Under the pieces are notes generated by a model. The model was not told the origin of the DNA. It ran no database searches and worked only from the letters and a program-made list of their open reading frames with translations. A stretch of DNA of 64,000 nt from Phoronis australis (Eukaryota; Animalia; Phoronida), in the NCBI GenBank assembly GCA_002633005.1, contig NMRA01000101.1, positions 821,151-885,150 on the forward strand, written 5' to 3'. Each line of letters starts with the position of its first letter. Position 1 is the first letter of the stretch. The translations under genes were made by a program, and so were the position numbers. Positions 37,601-50,962 of this stretch are shown here, piece by piece.

Positions 37601-40600
37601 TTGAGTACATTTTCTTGAATTATGACCTGTTTTTGGTATTCACGTATGCATGTAGGGAAACGTTCGGCGGGGATATTGCTGTTGTCTGCTTTAACGTGTC
37701 TGATGTTTGCATCATTGTTATCACTGGAGATTAGCCTTTAGCCTGAATGTTATAAGCACGTTTTTTTTTTCAGAACTACTCCTCAGTATTCCAGATCTGC
37801 TTCCAAGATTAGTCAGGATTATATCCAGTAAAGACTGTTAGTATTGATACATTTTATGTTAATTCTTGTGTCCAGACAGCCAGTTGTCCCAGGGGTCCTC
37901 AATTAGTGGGGCCAGCACTTGGCATAAGGAATGAGGTGGAAGTTGCACTCTCTCATCTTGCAGTGGGACAACTGCCTGTATGGACATAGCCTATGTCACT
38001 TTGATTTTAACAGAACTATTAAGATTACCGTTATTAACCTAATGAGTGTATGGTCTAAATTATAACAATTATGAGTTGATGCAGTAATGTGTGTAACAGT
38101 AATTGAATGTATAGTAAATACAAAGTATTTATGTAATTGTCAACCTACCTGAGGTATCACATTTTTAATTACAATCAAGTAACATAGTGATTAACCTTCA
38201 ATATTCCTTTTTAAAGGGTCTTCCCAAGTTTTCAGTTTTATCTCCTGATTTTCCATTCTAAGAACGGAAATAGAGAATCAAGACTTTGTTCTTAACAATA
38301 GACTACAAAAAAGGTGGAAAATTTCGTGCGAATTGACTTAAAGAGATATTGATGTTCAAAACTTCCAAAATTGTCAGAAATTTAAAAGCCTAAAAAAGCT
38401 GATAAAATTTAAATTATAAAGTAAAAAATAATTTATTTTCAGTCAGGTTTAGTTATAACTCAAGTGTGAGTCTCTGACTCAAAATATATGTAGAGTGATA
38501 TTTACAACATATAATTTGACAGAGCCACAATGATGTGTACCTGTTGTGTGCATAGATGGGTATAAACATTGTAGATGTTTTAAGAAGCATCTGATTTCTA
38601 TTGCAACTAAAGTTCACGGTACTTATGGTGTTAATATATCAATACAGCTTGTCTCAAGCTACTTGCATGAACAAATGAGAAAATAATATATACGTATTGA
38701 GCTTTTTGATCAAAAAATACTTGAAGGTTGACAATTTATTTAGATACGAAAACTTCATATACCTTGCGAAAATCAAATGTACTTAGTGATTGTTGGTAGT
38801 ATCAGTAAATCATGATGTATACTGTAATTAATATTGACTAGATAAGCCCAGCTACTGCAGTGCACCCAGTCAGGGTAATGTTAAACTTGACCCGTTTAGT
38901 ACACAATGTGGTTGACAAGTGAAATTCATGATTGTCAATGTTTGATTAATTTTGATGTTCTCTACACATCTCACATCAGATCATGCTTTGAGTAAATGCA
39001 ACCATTCGCAACAACATTTGGGAATTAGAAGAGATCTATTTCAGCAATTACTATTGTCCAAATTCGTTAAGATTTGGTCATAATGTCAGTAAACTTTGTG
39101 TGTTGTGATTACTGTTCGTTCTAGATAAGCCACGCTACAATGGTACCTTTTTACTTATTATTCTAGACACACCCCGTTACTACGGTGCCCCTAGTGAGTT
39201 AGACTCTACAACGGTACCTTTTTACCTATTATTCTAGACACACCCTGTTACTGCGGTGCCCCTAGAGAGTTAGACTCTACAACGGTACCTTTTTACCTAT
39301 TATTCTAGACACACCCCGTTACTGCGGTGCCCCTAGTGAGTTAGACTCTGCAACGGTACCTTTTTACCTATTATTCTAGACACACCCCGTTACTGTGGTG
39401 CCCCTAGTGAGTTAGACTCTACAATGGTACCTTTATATTCTAGACACACCCCGTTACTGCGGTGCCCCTAGTGAGTTAGACTGCTGGATGGAGTGGATTG
39501 ACAACTCTCTTGCAGACTCGCTGCATGATGTGCCAATGGCTGATGACGACGAAGAGTTTGTTGGAGGTATACTGGTTACCACATTCTGCTATATCCAATA
39601 ATGGTCCCCTGTTTGTACCTAAATGTTGGGAGGTATACTCTGTACCACGTTCCACTGTATCCTTGAATGGTCGGCTTTTTTGTACTTAAATATATGTTTC
39701 TGCTCATGACCATGTTGCTGTAATTTTTTATTTTACTTGTTCGCCACATTTTCTATTAATTTTAGTCTGGATTTTGTTTTGTTTTGTTTTTTTTTCTGCT
39801 TTGTTAACAGTAGATTTGTCCTCAGTGTAAGATCATGACTTTTTGCCATCACAATCTTAATTTGGGTTGGTTGAAATCTCCAGTTTTCATTACCAGTGCT
39901 TGTTTTTTGCGACACATGAATGATGAGCATTATGTTACCAATTTACCACTTATACCGCAGGCTGGTAAGATGACTGCTGCTTCCTGCAGTGTGTTTGATA
40001 ATCTCTACTCTTCACTACAGGCATCTCAACCTCAGTGGAAGGTGGTGCCATAGTTCAACAGCCATCTCTGAGAATGAATGTAGAACTCATCAATAAAGTA
40101 GAGGTTGTCTACACCCTTGGGCTCTTCCTGGTTGGTAAACATAGAAAAAAGGTTAGTGTCCCATTTCCACTGGACCAGTTCTTGGCTTTGCTTTCAAGTT
40201 GGCCTGCACATAAGTCATTTACTTATATGAGTTGGTTCCTACATTGAGCTTTAATTTATATTTGCTTAATTCCCCACTGATCACCAACTTTAAAAATGAG
40301 ATCATTACATGTCTACTTCAATGCTTCTTTCTTGTTGACGATTACACTGAAATGAATAGGTATGTCGGTAGGATACACTGTTTTTGATAGAATAGACAAC
40401 ACCATGAAGATGCTGTAAATTTTTGCATTGGTCTATTAGAGGAATTCACAACCGCAGACCTTATCTACATTCAGGACTGATTATACAGAGAGTTCCAAAA
40501 TGTTACTAGTTCTGATTTAAATACTGCTTTGCTAGTCGTGTTCGGATATTCATGTAGTTTCCTATTTGCAGGTTCAACGGAGACTTGCTGAACTGAAGTT

Positions 40601-43600
40601 AGTACCTGCCTTGAGTGACATGTTTGATCAGTTCATATGGAAATGTCAAAGGTAAGCTGTAACAGTCTGTTGTTTGTCTGACATGTTTGATCAGTTCATA
40701 TGGAAATGTCAAAGGTAAGTATTAACAGTCTGTTTTTAGTTTGACATGTTTGATCAGTTCATATGGAAATGACAAAGGTAAGCAGTAACAGTCTGTTGTT
40801 AGTCTGACATGTTTGATCAGTTCATATGGAAATGTCAAAGGTAAGCAGTAACAGTCTCTTGTTAGTCTGACATGTTTGATCAGTTCATATGGAAATGTCA
40901 AAGGTAAGCAGTAACAGTCTCTTGTTAGTCATTGTGTGGTTTACGGATGTTGAATACCGGCATATTAGTCTCTGGTGTTTATGGTATCTCAGATGTTTGC
41001 GGTTCTGATAGTTCACTTAATTACTTGTCAGGAGGCAATGGCTTGTTGTTTACAAATGGGATTGCATGTGTGACAGGCTTTTGAACAAATACCTGACCTA
41101 ACTACACATAAAGCACATTTCAGAAATACTGGCTGGCAGCAACATAGAACTAATGAAAGATTATGGAAAGTTATTTTGCTGAGGTGACTGATATGTGCTT
41201 CCGCCTAGCCATAATGACTAGGAGTTTCAGTTATTTTATCTGAAAACCTTTGGCATGTACTGTTAACTTCATGACTGATTGACTGCTTGACAATGTACTT
41301 CTATGGTAGTTTACTGTCCATTATTCTCACATTCTCAGCATTTCATCACATCTATCCTTGTTAGTTAAAGTTCATGATTGTTCTTTTTATGCACTTAAAT
41401 GTTTGATGTTTTGCAGTATCCGTGGAAGCCATAGAAGTAGGTTACGAGGTCACAATGCCAGCTGTGAATGTAGTCCTGTAAGTCTCTATGGAATCATTTA
41501 CTCAGTAATTGTCAATGTCCACAGAATTTTTTTCCAGTATTTCCATATTGTATAAAATCATGCAACACTATATTTTTATTGATAATCATAATTTTCTAAA
41601 CTGGACTCATGGATTAAGCATTTTAGTTTTTATGGTCGAAAATTATGCAACATCTTCATCGGCCGTTTTCAGACTTTTTGAGTTTTGACTCTTTTAGCAA
41701 TTTGAACATCAATTTCTCTCTAGTGCGTGAGTTGATTCGCATCAAATTTCACGCACATGAGCCATGTCTCAGATGGCTGATGTCTGTTGGCAGTTTCATT
41801 ATATAGCTCAAACACAGTTGCCCTCAGTTCAGGTTTTTTAGAAATTCATCTTCAAAGCAAACAAAATACCGTTTTCGCAAAAATGATAGTCACGTGGTTT
41901 TAAACAATTGTGCATTGTTTTAATGCGTCAATTAAAATTTTTCAATCATCGAGTATTCAGAAAATATCCACATTTATGGGTTGAGGTTGGGTAGTTCAAA
42001 GTCTATAAAATGGAAATAAGAAAACACCGAAATATGTTTTTTTTCATGTCTTGTTTTTGCTTTTTTCAGGAAGTTGCTTTGAAGATCCAGTTTTTAAGAC
42101 TTGTGCACAGTTTTTGTGATCATTCTGAGTAAGTACAGTTAAGCAAGAAAGTTACTTTTGATATTTCACTGTCAGTGTTCATGTCGAGTAGCCTTTGGTA
42201 GAAGCTGGAACTACATATTAAACAAATAAAGATTATATTGATAGATATATGTAAGCCGACTGTTAAACTCACATGTTCACAATGGTATGGTAAAATCTCG
42301 CCAATTTAGGACATGAGAAAGCACACAAGTGAAATGTTATATTCCTTGTTTTTTCCATAAAGGATACGTAGCTTCAAAGTAATGTTTCATTTCACCATGA
42401 TCAAGTTCTGTACCATAGCTACCATTAGGAATGTGTTGAAAAATTGTGAGAAGACTTCGAAAAATGAAAAAAGGTAATTTCCGCGATTAGTTTTGTCCAA
42501 ATTTGGTGACACTTTACCGTATACAGCTGAACTCTGTGCTGACTTAAACACAGAAAGTAGGCGGTCTGTGAGGCTCGTTTTTGCTGCTCTGGCTTACCTT
42601 TGCGATATCTTTCGTTTGTGCATTGCATCTTTCCAAATTTGTTTGAAATGCTCACTTTGCCACCACCCTTATATGGGAGGTTATGTTTGCCCAGCAAAAG
42701 TGTCCTTGTTATGTCTGAATCGTGCGAAAATTACTGCGCAACAGTTTTGAAGTGGTATTTCTTTCTATCCACAATTTCTATCTTTTCTCAAATCAGGTTT
42801 TCTTTTCTTTTCTTTATTGAAATTTTTGTTTTTCAATTAACTATCAAAACGGTCAACTTTATGCACAAAAAATGAGTGAAGAATAGTTACATTTATGCTA
42901 GTCAGAAGAATTGTAATCTCCACTTTTTATTAAATGTATTTCAATGATTAGACGTGGAGCATATGGAATATTTCAAGTCATGTCGCTGACACACGGCTGT
43001 TAGAACTGTTCAAACTGAATTACTTTCCTCTGATTAACACATCCACCAGCATCCTTTTAATAATATTCAATATGAAATATAAAATCTTCGTGGATCAAAT
43101 GTTTGTATTTTGTTTAAAAATTAGTTTGACTTAACTTGTATTCTTTGATGTGCATTTCAGGTACAAGCATCTTCTTATTTCTAAAGCCGAGTTAGCCGAA
43201 TTAAAGAAAATAGATGGTAAGAGTCAATTTTCATGTTACCTTGCGCAATTCGGATTTGACAAGTCGCATTTAAGTGTCAAGTAGGTCTGACAGTCAAGTA
43301 GGTCAGTTAAACTATTGCTGTATGCTAACTGTGTATCACGTTCATGTTTTTCAGCTAAAGCTGGGCCACTCAAGTACCCAGGCAATCTTGATGCTGTCAA
43401 TAAGTGAGTTAAGATCTGTTGTATCCAGTAAACAATTGTTGCATTCTGTCAGTTAAACACTAGTTCATAATCCACGTACATATCAAAACAAGCCTCTCAT
43501 GTTTTGATAATCTGCTGTTGTTCTATCAGCTATTGTGCATGTTGTCATCTCTAGACATTGGTCATTATGAACTGCACAAGTTTTGCAAATGAACTTTGCT

Positions 43601-46600
43601 AAGCAAATCTACTCCATCTTAATATTTGCAGGTATTTCATAGTTCAGTATCGTTGGATATGATACTTTAAACTTCAACTATACAACTTTATCAGCCTTAG
43701 CTGAGAGTCGTGTGTCTGACATGAAAATAAATTTGCTTCTGAATTCATTCAAATTTTTATTTGTGTACATAAATTGAATTTTGGATATGATTCGCTTGTG
43801 ATAGTTCTGCAATGCTGGCTGTGCTACAATAAAAGCTTGTTATGTCAGTGCTGTTCAGGCTACACTAGAAAGAGCAAGTCTATTCTGTGCTTCAATGCTG
43901 GCTATACCATTGAAAGGTAAAAGGATATCAAATCCAGTTTTGGCTTATTAACAGTAACTGTTGTTAAAACGACTTTCACATCCAGTTCTCTGAAACAGAA
44001 TAGTACTCTGTAACCCTCGACAACCCTCAGTAATTTTAAAGCAAGTTTTTGCCAGCGTTTCAATGCTGTTCAGGCTATAGTAGAAAGTTGAAGGAAGTCT
44101 ATGCTGGTGTTTCAATACTGTTTAGGCTGCAATAGAAAGTTGAAGCAAGTCTATAATAGTGTTTCAATGCTGTTAGGGTATAGTTGAAAGTTGAAGGAAG
44201 TCTATGCTGGTGTTTCAATACTGTTTAAGCTGCAATAGAAAGTTGAAGCAAGTCTATATTAGTGTTTCAATGCTGTTAGGGTATAGTTGAAAGTTGAAGG
44301 AAGTCTATGCTGGTGTTTCAATGCTGTTCAAGCTACAGTAGAAAGTTGAAGCAAGTTTATGTCATGAGTGTTTCAATGCTAGCTATGTTAAAATGGTAAG
44401 TTTTGTTACAGGAGCCTCATGTGTAGGGGCACTAGGGGCCTCCTGTCCAAGATAGTTGAGGTGTTGAAGAAAGAGCCTACTGCGTCCACCTTCAGGTTCT
44501 GGCTGGCTCGTGCTGTTGAGAGTTACCTGAGGGGTAGTACCTCCTTCTGTGACCAGGTGTTTCTTCTCAGGAGGGGTCTGTTACAGGTGAGTGGATTACT
44601 CTAGATGGTTGTGATGCTCAAGTTGATATCAAACGAGGAGAGTGTTTTCACATGTAGCGCCTCCCTGTATGCTCTTATTTGTGCATGTAGCCAGTGATGA
44701 CTGGTGAGGGCGAAGTTTGGTGGCTATTTCCGTGTCACCGAATGACAATTTTGTATTTTTAGTGTTTGGTTATATCTGCCAAGGCCCTTGTTGGATCTTT
44801 GTCATATATTTGATTCGAGCATTGGATGTCACCTGATAATTTTCGTACGACTTTGTCGTGATATGCACCCCCTACTGGCAGATTAGTATTTTTGCAATTT
44901 TTTTTGGACTTTGCCTCACGATGTGCCTAACGGTTTAAAAGCTCATCTTGAAATTTGAGAGATAATTTCCTGTGTCTGATGTTCACATGCCTGATGATGA
45001 TTTTTGGACAAATCCGAATACTGCTATTCCCCCTAGTGGCAGTTTTATTTTTTGCGCCTGCTTCAACGTCTCCTAAGTTTGCTGAAAGGTTTTTGTGAAC
45101 TTGGACAGATATGTTTCAAGTGCGGAGAACATGGGTGAACAAATATGACTTGTGCAATGCTCCCTAGTGGCAGCTCCGATTATATTGCACTGAGTTCTTC
45201 ATAGCATTATCTTATACTTTGGGAGGTGCGTTCATGTTAATGAGAGTGTGGCAATGATACTTTTTGTTCAGGGCTTGGAATTTTCCGCGGAAACGCGGAT
45301 TTCCGCTTTTTTCAAATGTTCTGTCCGCGCATTTTATTATATTTCCGCGTAAAAAAAATCGGATTTGATATAAAATTTCCGCGGCAAATTCCTTTCTTAC
45401 CGCGACGTTGCAGACGACGTTCATCTCTAAAAGCGGAAGTTGCTCTTTATGTTTTGGAGGAACGTAAATTGTCAACATTGCCGGGGCATCTGGGATAGCG
45501 TGGTGGGATTTTCAATGGCGTCTCGTGTTATTGTATACCGCGGCGACAAATACTGCGGCTCTGCAGCCAAAAATGTGTGGGTTGGGGTGGATGGACGAGC
45601 TAACGAGCTAAAAGGACGCACACGCATGCTACTGATGGTGGTAACGTTTTTTTTTTGTCCTCCGATTTTTGTCGGGGAAAGGTCCACATCGACCATTTCA
45701 AGGCTGGGTAGCACGCATGATTTGGGCCGTAAAAGTTTCTGCGTTTTTTGCCATTGGTCATTCCAAGCCCTGTTTGTTTCCTGCCGTGTGTAATGTTGCT
45801 AGTGAGATAACCGAAAAAGAGAGCTTTAGATTTTGTTTGTTTGTTGTCTGTGGGCAACTCCATTCACCTTGATTTCATTTTCAAGGTCAAAGCGAGAAAA
45901 TCAACATTTGACTTGGAGAAATATTGTTTGCACAAGAAGGGAGCTTTCAATTAAGTTCATAATGTATACCTTTCTGCATGTCGAAGAGTTTGAACAATGG
46001 TTAAGAAATTTGGCAAAAGTGCATTTGTTGATGGAAGCCTGGCTGATGTTGATTTTTGGACAGTTTCGACTATTGCTATGTCTCTTAGTGGCAGTTTTAG
46101 GTTTTTGCATTGGCTTTAGTATATTACGAGTTTGATCTTCATGAATTAGTTCATTATTCACTTTTAGTATCTAAATCTATCTGCCAAACTCCATGAAAAA
46201 TCATCAGCATATGACTTTCCATTAAGGTGAACTTGACTGGTGTTGGTTATTGGATGAATCCGACTACTGCAGTGCTGTCTAGTCCAAGGGTTCCTTTAGT
46301 TTTTTTTTTTTGTTTCAGCATGTGGGAAGTAACATCGTGGACAATGACATCCGTCCCAAGGAAATCCTACAGAGCAGCTTTGACCTCCTGGGTGAACTTG
46401 TTAAGTTCAACATTGAGGGGTTCCGTGTGTTTGACAAAATTCTGTCCACTTCACAGAAGGTAGTGTGTGAGAGCATACAATGCTATAGACATTGAATTGT
46501 AATTATGGACATGGTTTAATTTGTTCTTTGAATGTTGTACTAATCTAGTGTGAGAAGCTTTTGAAGAAGAAGGTGGTCACTCATAGTTCAGTCACCAGTT

Positions 46601-49600
46601 AGCAGTTGTCACAGAAGGTGGTCCCTCCCGTTAGACATCCAGTCATTACTTAGCAGTTGTCACAGAAGGTGGTCCCTCCCGTTAGACATCCAGTCATCTC
46701 TTAGCGGTTGTCACAGAAGGTGGTCCCTCCCGTTAGACATCCAGTCATTACTTAGCAGTTGTCACAGAAGGTGACCCCCTCCCGTTAGACATCCAGTTAT
46801 CTCGTAGCAGTTGTCACAGAAGGTGTTCCCTCCCGTTAGACATCCAGTCATTACTTAGCAGTTGTCACAGAAGGTGTTCCCTCCCGTTAGACATCCAGTC
46901 ATAACTTAGCGGTTGTCACAGAAGGTGGTCCCTCCCGTTAGTCATCCAGTCATAACTTAGCGGTTGTCACAGAAGGTGGTCCCTCCCTTTAGACATCCAG
47001 TCATTACTTAGCAGTTGTCACTGAAGGTGGTCTCCTCGTTAGACATCCAGTCATCACTTAGCAGTTGTCACAGAAGGTGGTCCCTCCCGTTAGACATCCA
47101 GTCATAACTTAGCGGTTGTCACAGAAGGTGGTCTCCCCATTAGAAATACAGTCATTACTTAGCGGTTGTCATCAAAGGTGGTCCCCCTGCTAGACATCCA
47201 GTCATTACTAAGTGATGATCATAGGAGGGGAATGCATATAGTGAGCTTACAGCATTATTCAGATTCAGTCTTAGCTGTTGATTTAATTTCTTATTGCTGG
47301 AACCATGATTGCTTTGATGTTGTTGATGATTTTAGGTTGACAAGTTCCGCGCTGTGCTGAACAAAAATCTTGTTGACTCCAACATGTTCATCAGAAGCCT
47401 GATATTATCACTTGAACACTTCACACGAGAACAACCCGAGAACAAAGGTGAGTCTCACTCACTATTGTCTGTTCTAATGCCAGCTACAGTACATTTTTAA
47501 TGTATGGTGTAAGATGTGGCTTTCATTTGTTGACTTCTTCGTTGCTAATCAGAGAAGTCCAATGATGCCGCACATGATATGTTTCAGTGATCGTTATAGG
47601 GACCAAAAATGTAATAATAATAATCCACAGGATGTGAACATTAGGTGCCAGACACACAAAATGATCATGAAAGAGCCCCTTTATTCTGAAAGAGCATCAC
47701 GCCTGCTGGGTTTCCTTTTTGGTACGATAATTCCCTACTTATTTTGCACAGTCACTTACCTCATTTCGTTCACTCACAATTATTTGTTAAAACACCATTT
47801 TATCTCACTTATTCTGCACGAAGCCACCTGGTGGGAATTTCTTGATTCACCTAATTTGCACACAGTCAGTTTTTCACTTTTGAAAATATCAACTCAAAGC
47901 CCTCGAATTAATTCTAGTATTACACACCTCTCTAACTGTGTTAGAGCTGAATACTGTATATTCACCACTTAGTTCATTCTTTAATAACTCGTTCTGCTGT
48001 AAACATGAGGTTAAAGGAGTCAACTGGATGAGTGTCCTGTCACTAAGTCACATACTCAAAGTGTTTCACCTATGATTGGGTTAAGTGCTCTTATATTGGA
48101 ACAGAGTAGAGTATCTTTAATTACTGTTAATATTGGGTCATGTTTACAGCCTGTAGGTCGTATTTCATTAAATTCACACCTGGGCAGTGGTTGATTACTT
48201 AGTTAATTTCACACACCCGTCAACTACGAAGTCTGTATAGTCAGTTTATTTGGTAAACCCTGACTATTGGGAAATATATTTAGTTATTTTGTTTGAAATA
48301 AGTGTAGAGTTACTGCACTTTTTGTTTAATATGTTGATGCTATCTAGCCTTTTTTCCTCAGCAAAATTATTATTATATAAGTGAAACGAGAAGTCAGTTC
48401 ACCACATTGTGATTTGTTGTCAGTCATTACTTTTAATAAGGAATTAATGGCATACATGAAGTGAAGTGGAAGTAGTCTCAGGTGTGAGTGAACAAATCCA
48501 GCATCTCTGTGTTAAGGTTTTGACATGCCTGTTGTAGAGAATTACAAAATATGCCACTTCACAGTGCACTCTAATACTCAACTGACCACTTCTTTGTTAG
48601 GATACAAAATCATATGCTTATGAGTTATTATTAAATTTCAGTGAACTGTTTTCCAAAAATTGCATAATCTTATTCTAGTGGCATGCATGCCATCCATGGT
48701 TTTGTTTTGGAAGTCATTTCTTAGTAGTGAAAAACACGACTTAAGCAGTGGTCTGTCCGTTGGTAACTCACACCTGTACCACTATTGCTTGGCAGAGTAT
48801 GCTCAGAGTGGGAGCCGATTACTGAAGTTTGTCAACACATTCGAGCAACAGATGGCACTAGTTCACAAACTGACCAGCATCATCAACGTTCGTAACCTGA
48901 CTCAAGAGAATGTGAGCTGTCTCAACACTGCCCTCGTCTTTCTGATGTCGGCGCGCCAGAAGAATGAACTACCTCGATATCTGGCCGCACTCAGAGACGA
49001 GAAGGGCGTGTCTGCACAGGACAGGGGTAGAGGGTGTACCATGAAAAACTTCAGGTGAGACTGGTCACTGTAACCTGTCAGTGAAACCTCGACTTTTGCG
49101 AGTAAAGGTAGTCTGATCATGTACTTTGCTTGTAATGCAAAGCAATGTTTCGTGAAGTCTTGCATGACCTTGCTTTCTCGTAAGGTTTTTGTTCCTTGGG
49201 AATGCCACCCTGGTAAATGGCCAGGTTAAAAATAGTAGTGTTTCATTGTTTCATTGCATGCTATTGTTCGTTTTGAGACCCGGATAAAAGAAAGTGGTGC
49301 ACACTAACCATGATGGGTTGTGGATAAATTTTCTAATAACAGTTACCTCAGAAGCTCATTTCAATGGCGCATTTGACATGTCAAACAATAGTTTACATCA
49401 CTATCTATATGAACAGTTATCAATTAGCTATTGCTGCACAAATAACCAGTAATACCCAATTGTGACAAGTCATATATTTATTTATATGTATATATATATA
49501 TATATGTATCTGTATATAGCCATGGTGCCTTGGTGAACTGGAGTCATAGTAATCGATGGAGTCTTTCTAAATGCTGACACTTAACACCTTGAGAACAGAA

Positions 49601-50452
49601 TGATAGCTCTTTCTAACCTGTTTGTTTCTCTATTACAAATAATAACAAGGATTGTTAAAAGGAACACATGTCGCTGTTGTTTGAGGAAGCATGGTGCAGT
49701 GCCTACACAATTCTCTTTATTTCAGAGATCTACTCATATTCTGGCAGGATCACTACCTTCACAAAGACAAAGATTGCAGTGCTCTGGAAAAAGTAAGTTG
49801 AACTCGTTACTCCTACAGTGCAACACCTGGAATGCTTACAAGCACATATATCATGGGTTCTTGTTGCCATAATCTCCATTTGTCCCTCATACTAGAGTAT
49901 GTCTAGCTTCCATTTGACAGGTGGGAACCACTTTTAGAGGTATCCCTCTACTAGTGGGCCCCTTAGTGGCATTTTGATTTTCCATTTGTACATACCAAGT
50001 CACTCTGGATAGTTTTTAGATTTGGCAGATTTGCTATTAACGTGTTCCTGAGACTGTTCTTACTAGCTGTTTGTCTTTTTAGTAGTGCTCTATTCAATGA
50101 AAATAAAATGCTCAGACAGAAAGCTGGGTTTATCCCATTTTTTCTTAGGACAAGGTGGTAGTTGAACCAGGGACCTTTCTGTTGTCAATCCAGCACTCTA
50201 ACGAATTGATCACTAAGTCTTCCACTCGAATTGTGCAATGTAGATAGGCTTAAAGGTTGGTTTAAATGAACCAGTGATGTATATATCTGTTTGTCCGGTA
50301 TTGACAGCTGTATCCGTGTGTCATTGCAGAGCTCAAAGATCAGCTTTGATTTCTGGAAGGAAACTGTGACAACACTTGTGGCTGAGAACAGGAACTCTGA
50401 GTGTGCTGTGTTGCACTACATGAGGCCGTGTAATGAATACCGTGATCACTGA
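28625..50452 (+). CDS. TRPC4AP: Short transient receptor potential channel 4-associated protein (TRUSS; DDB1-CUL4 substrate receptor), 22 exons, 760 aa
   Basis: Exons 28625-28726, 30017-30133, 30349-30453, 32181-32241, 32995-33059, 34654-34813, 35848-35958, 37011-37073, 37774-37836, 39444-39566, 40021-40151, 40572-40651, 41417-41477, 42070-42128, 43161-43216, 43355-43403, 44412-44586, 46319-46459, 47336-47447, 48796-49054, 49726-49792, 50330-50452 total 2283 nt, all phase-compatible. Motifs QITGRG, NFCRILAVTIS, GHNASCECSPEVALKIQFLRL, FRFWLARAVESYLRG, FDLLGELVKFN, LTQENVSCLNT and FWQDHYLHKDKD match vertebrate TRPC4AP. Confidence 0.95.
31164..31574. repeat. Minisatellite, 45-bp unit x9
   Basis: ggtcaagtattcagtaccttaag(c/t)tgtacgta(t/c)agctaaatatta repeated nearly perfectly. 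Confidence 0.95.
32736..32963. repeat. Long imperfect palindrome in TRPC4AP intron 4
   Basis: Outer arms ttacacgccatatgttggtctcatc / gatgtgaccaacatctagcgtgtaa; inner arms aacccaggactttctg / cagaaagtcccaggtt. Confidence 0.65.
34908..35385. repeat. Minisatellite, ~55-bp unit x~9
   Basis: gggtctaacataag.tgttcctgtcaacctcctcataaagtcaca..taaaca repeated. Confidence 0.9.
39135..39482. repeat. 71-bp tandem repeat spanning the acceptor of TRPC4AP exon 10
   Basis: ttctag|acacaccc with AG ending at 39166, 39237, 39308, 39379 and 39443. Confidence 0.95.
40616..40930. repeat. 63-bp tandem repeat x5 spanning the donor of TRPC4AP exon 12
   Basis: caaag|gtaag with GT at 40652, 40715, 40778, 40841 and 40904. 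Confidence 0.95.
43850..44390. repeat. Minisatellite, ~52-bp unit with alternating variants (~103-bp dimer)
   Basis: tcaatgctgtt..ggctatagtagaaagttgaaggaagtctatgctggtgtt repeated; ends ~20 bp before the exon 17 acceptor. Confidence 0.85.
45269..45772. mobile_element. Non-autonomous DNA transposon with 13-bp TIRs (hAT/P-like ends)
   Basis: cagggcttggaat at 45269 and attccaagccctg ending 45772; tttgtt on both flanks; CpG-rich interior unlike the surrounding intron. Confidence 0.75.
46601..47212. repeat. Minisatellite, 51-bp unit x~12
   Basis: agcagttgtcacagaaggtggtccctcccgttagacatccagtcattactt repeated. Confidence 0.95.
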
Positions 50453-50962
50453 TCACTGGTCACTGCAGGGAGTGACTGTGGTGCACTACAGAGGCAGTAT
50501 AATGAATACCGTGATCACTGGACACTGTAGGGAGTGACTGTGGTGCACTACAGAGGCAGTATAATGAATACCGTGATCACTGGACACTGCAGGGAGTGAC
50601 TTTGGTGCACTACAGAGGCAGTATAATGAATACTGTGATCACTGAACACTGTAGTGAGTGACTGTGGTGCACTACAGAGACAGTGTAACGAATCTCATGA
50701 TTACTGATCACTGTAGGGAGTGACTGGTGCACTACAGAGACAGTGTAACGAATCTCATGATTACTGATCACTGTAGGGAGTGACTGGTGCACTACAGAGA
50801 CTGTAATGAATGCCGTGATCACTGAATTCTGTAGTGAGTGACTGTAGTGCACTACAGAGACTGTAATGAATATCGAGATCACTGAACACTGTAGGGAGTG
50901 ACTGGTGCACTACAAAGACCTTTTAATGAATACCGTGATCACTAATCGCTGCATGGAGTGAT
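50407..50962. repeat. Minisatellite, ~60-62-bp unit x~9, overlapping the TRPC4AP stop codon and 3'UTR
   Basis: tgcactacagaggcagtataatgaataccgtgatcactggacactgtagggagtgactgtgg repeated; the first unit encodes LHYMRPCNEYRDH*. Confidence 0.9.

Noticed and set aside
45212-46161. Cluster of overlapping 60-117-aa ORFs
   Set aside because: They lie in and beside a GC-rich non-autonomous element in an intron, and no transposase motif is recognisable.
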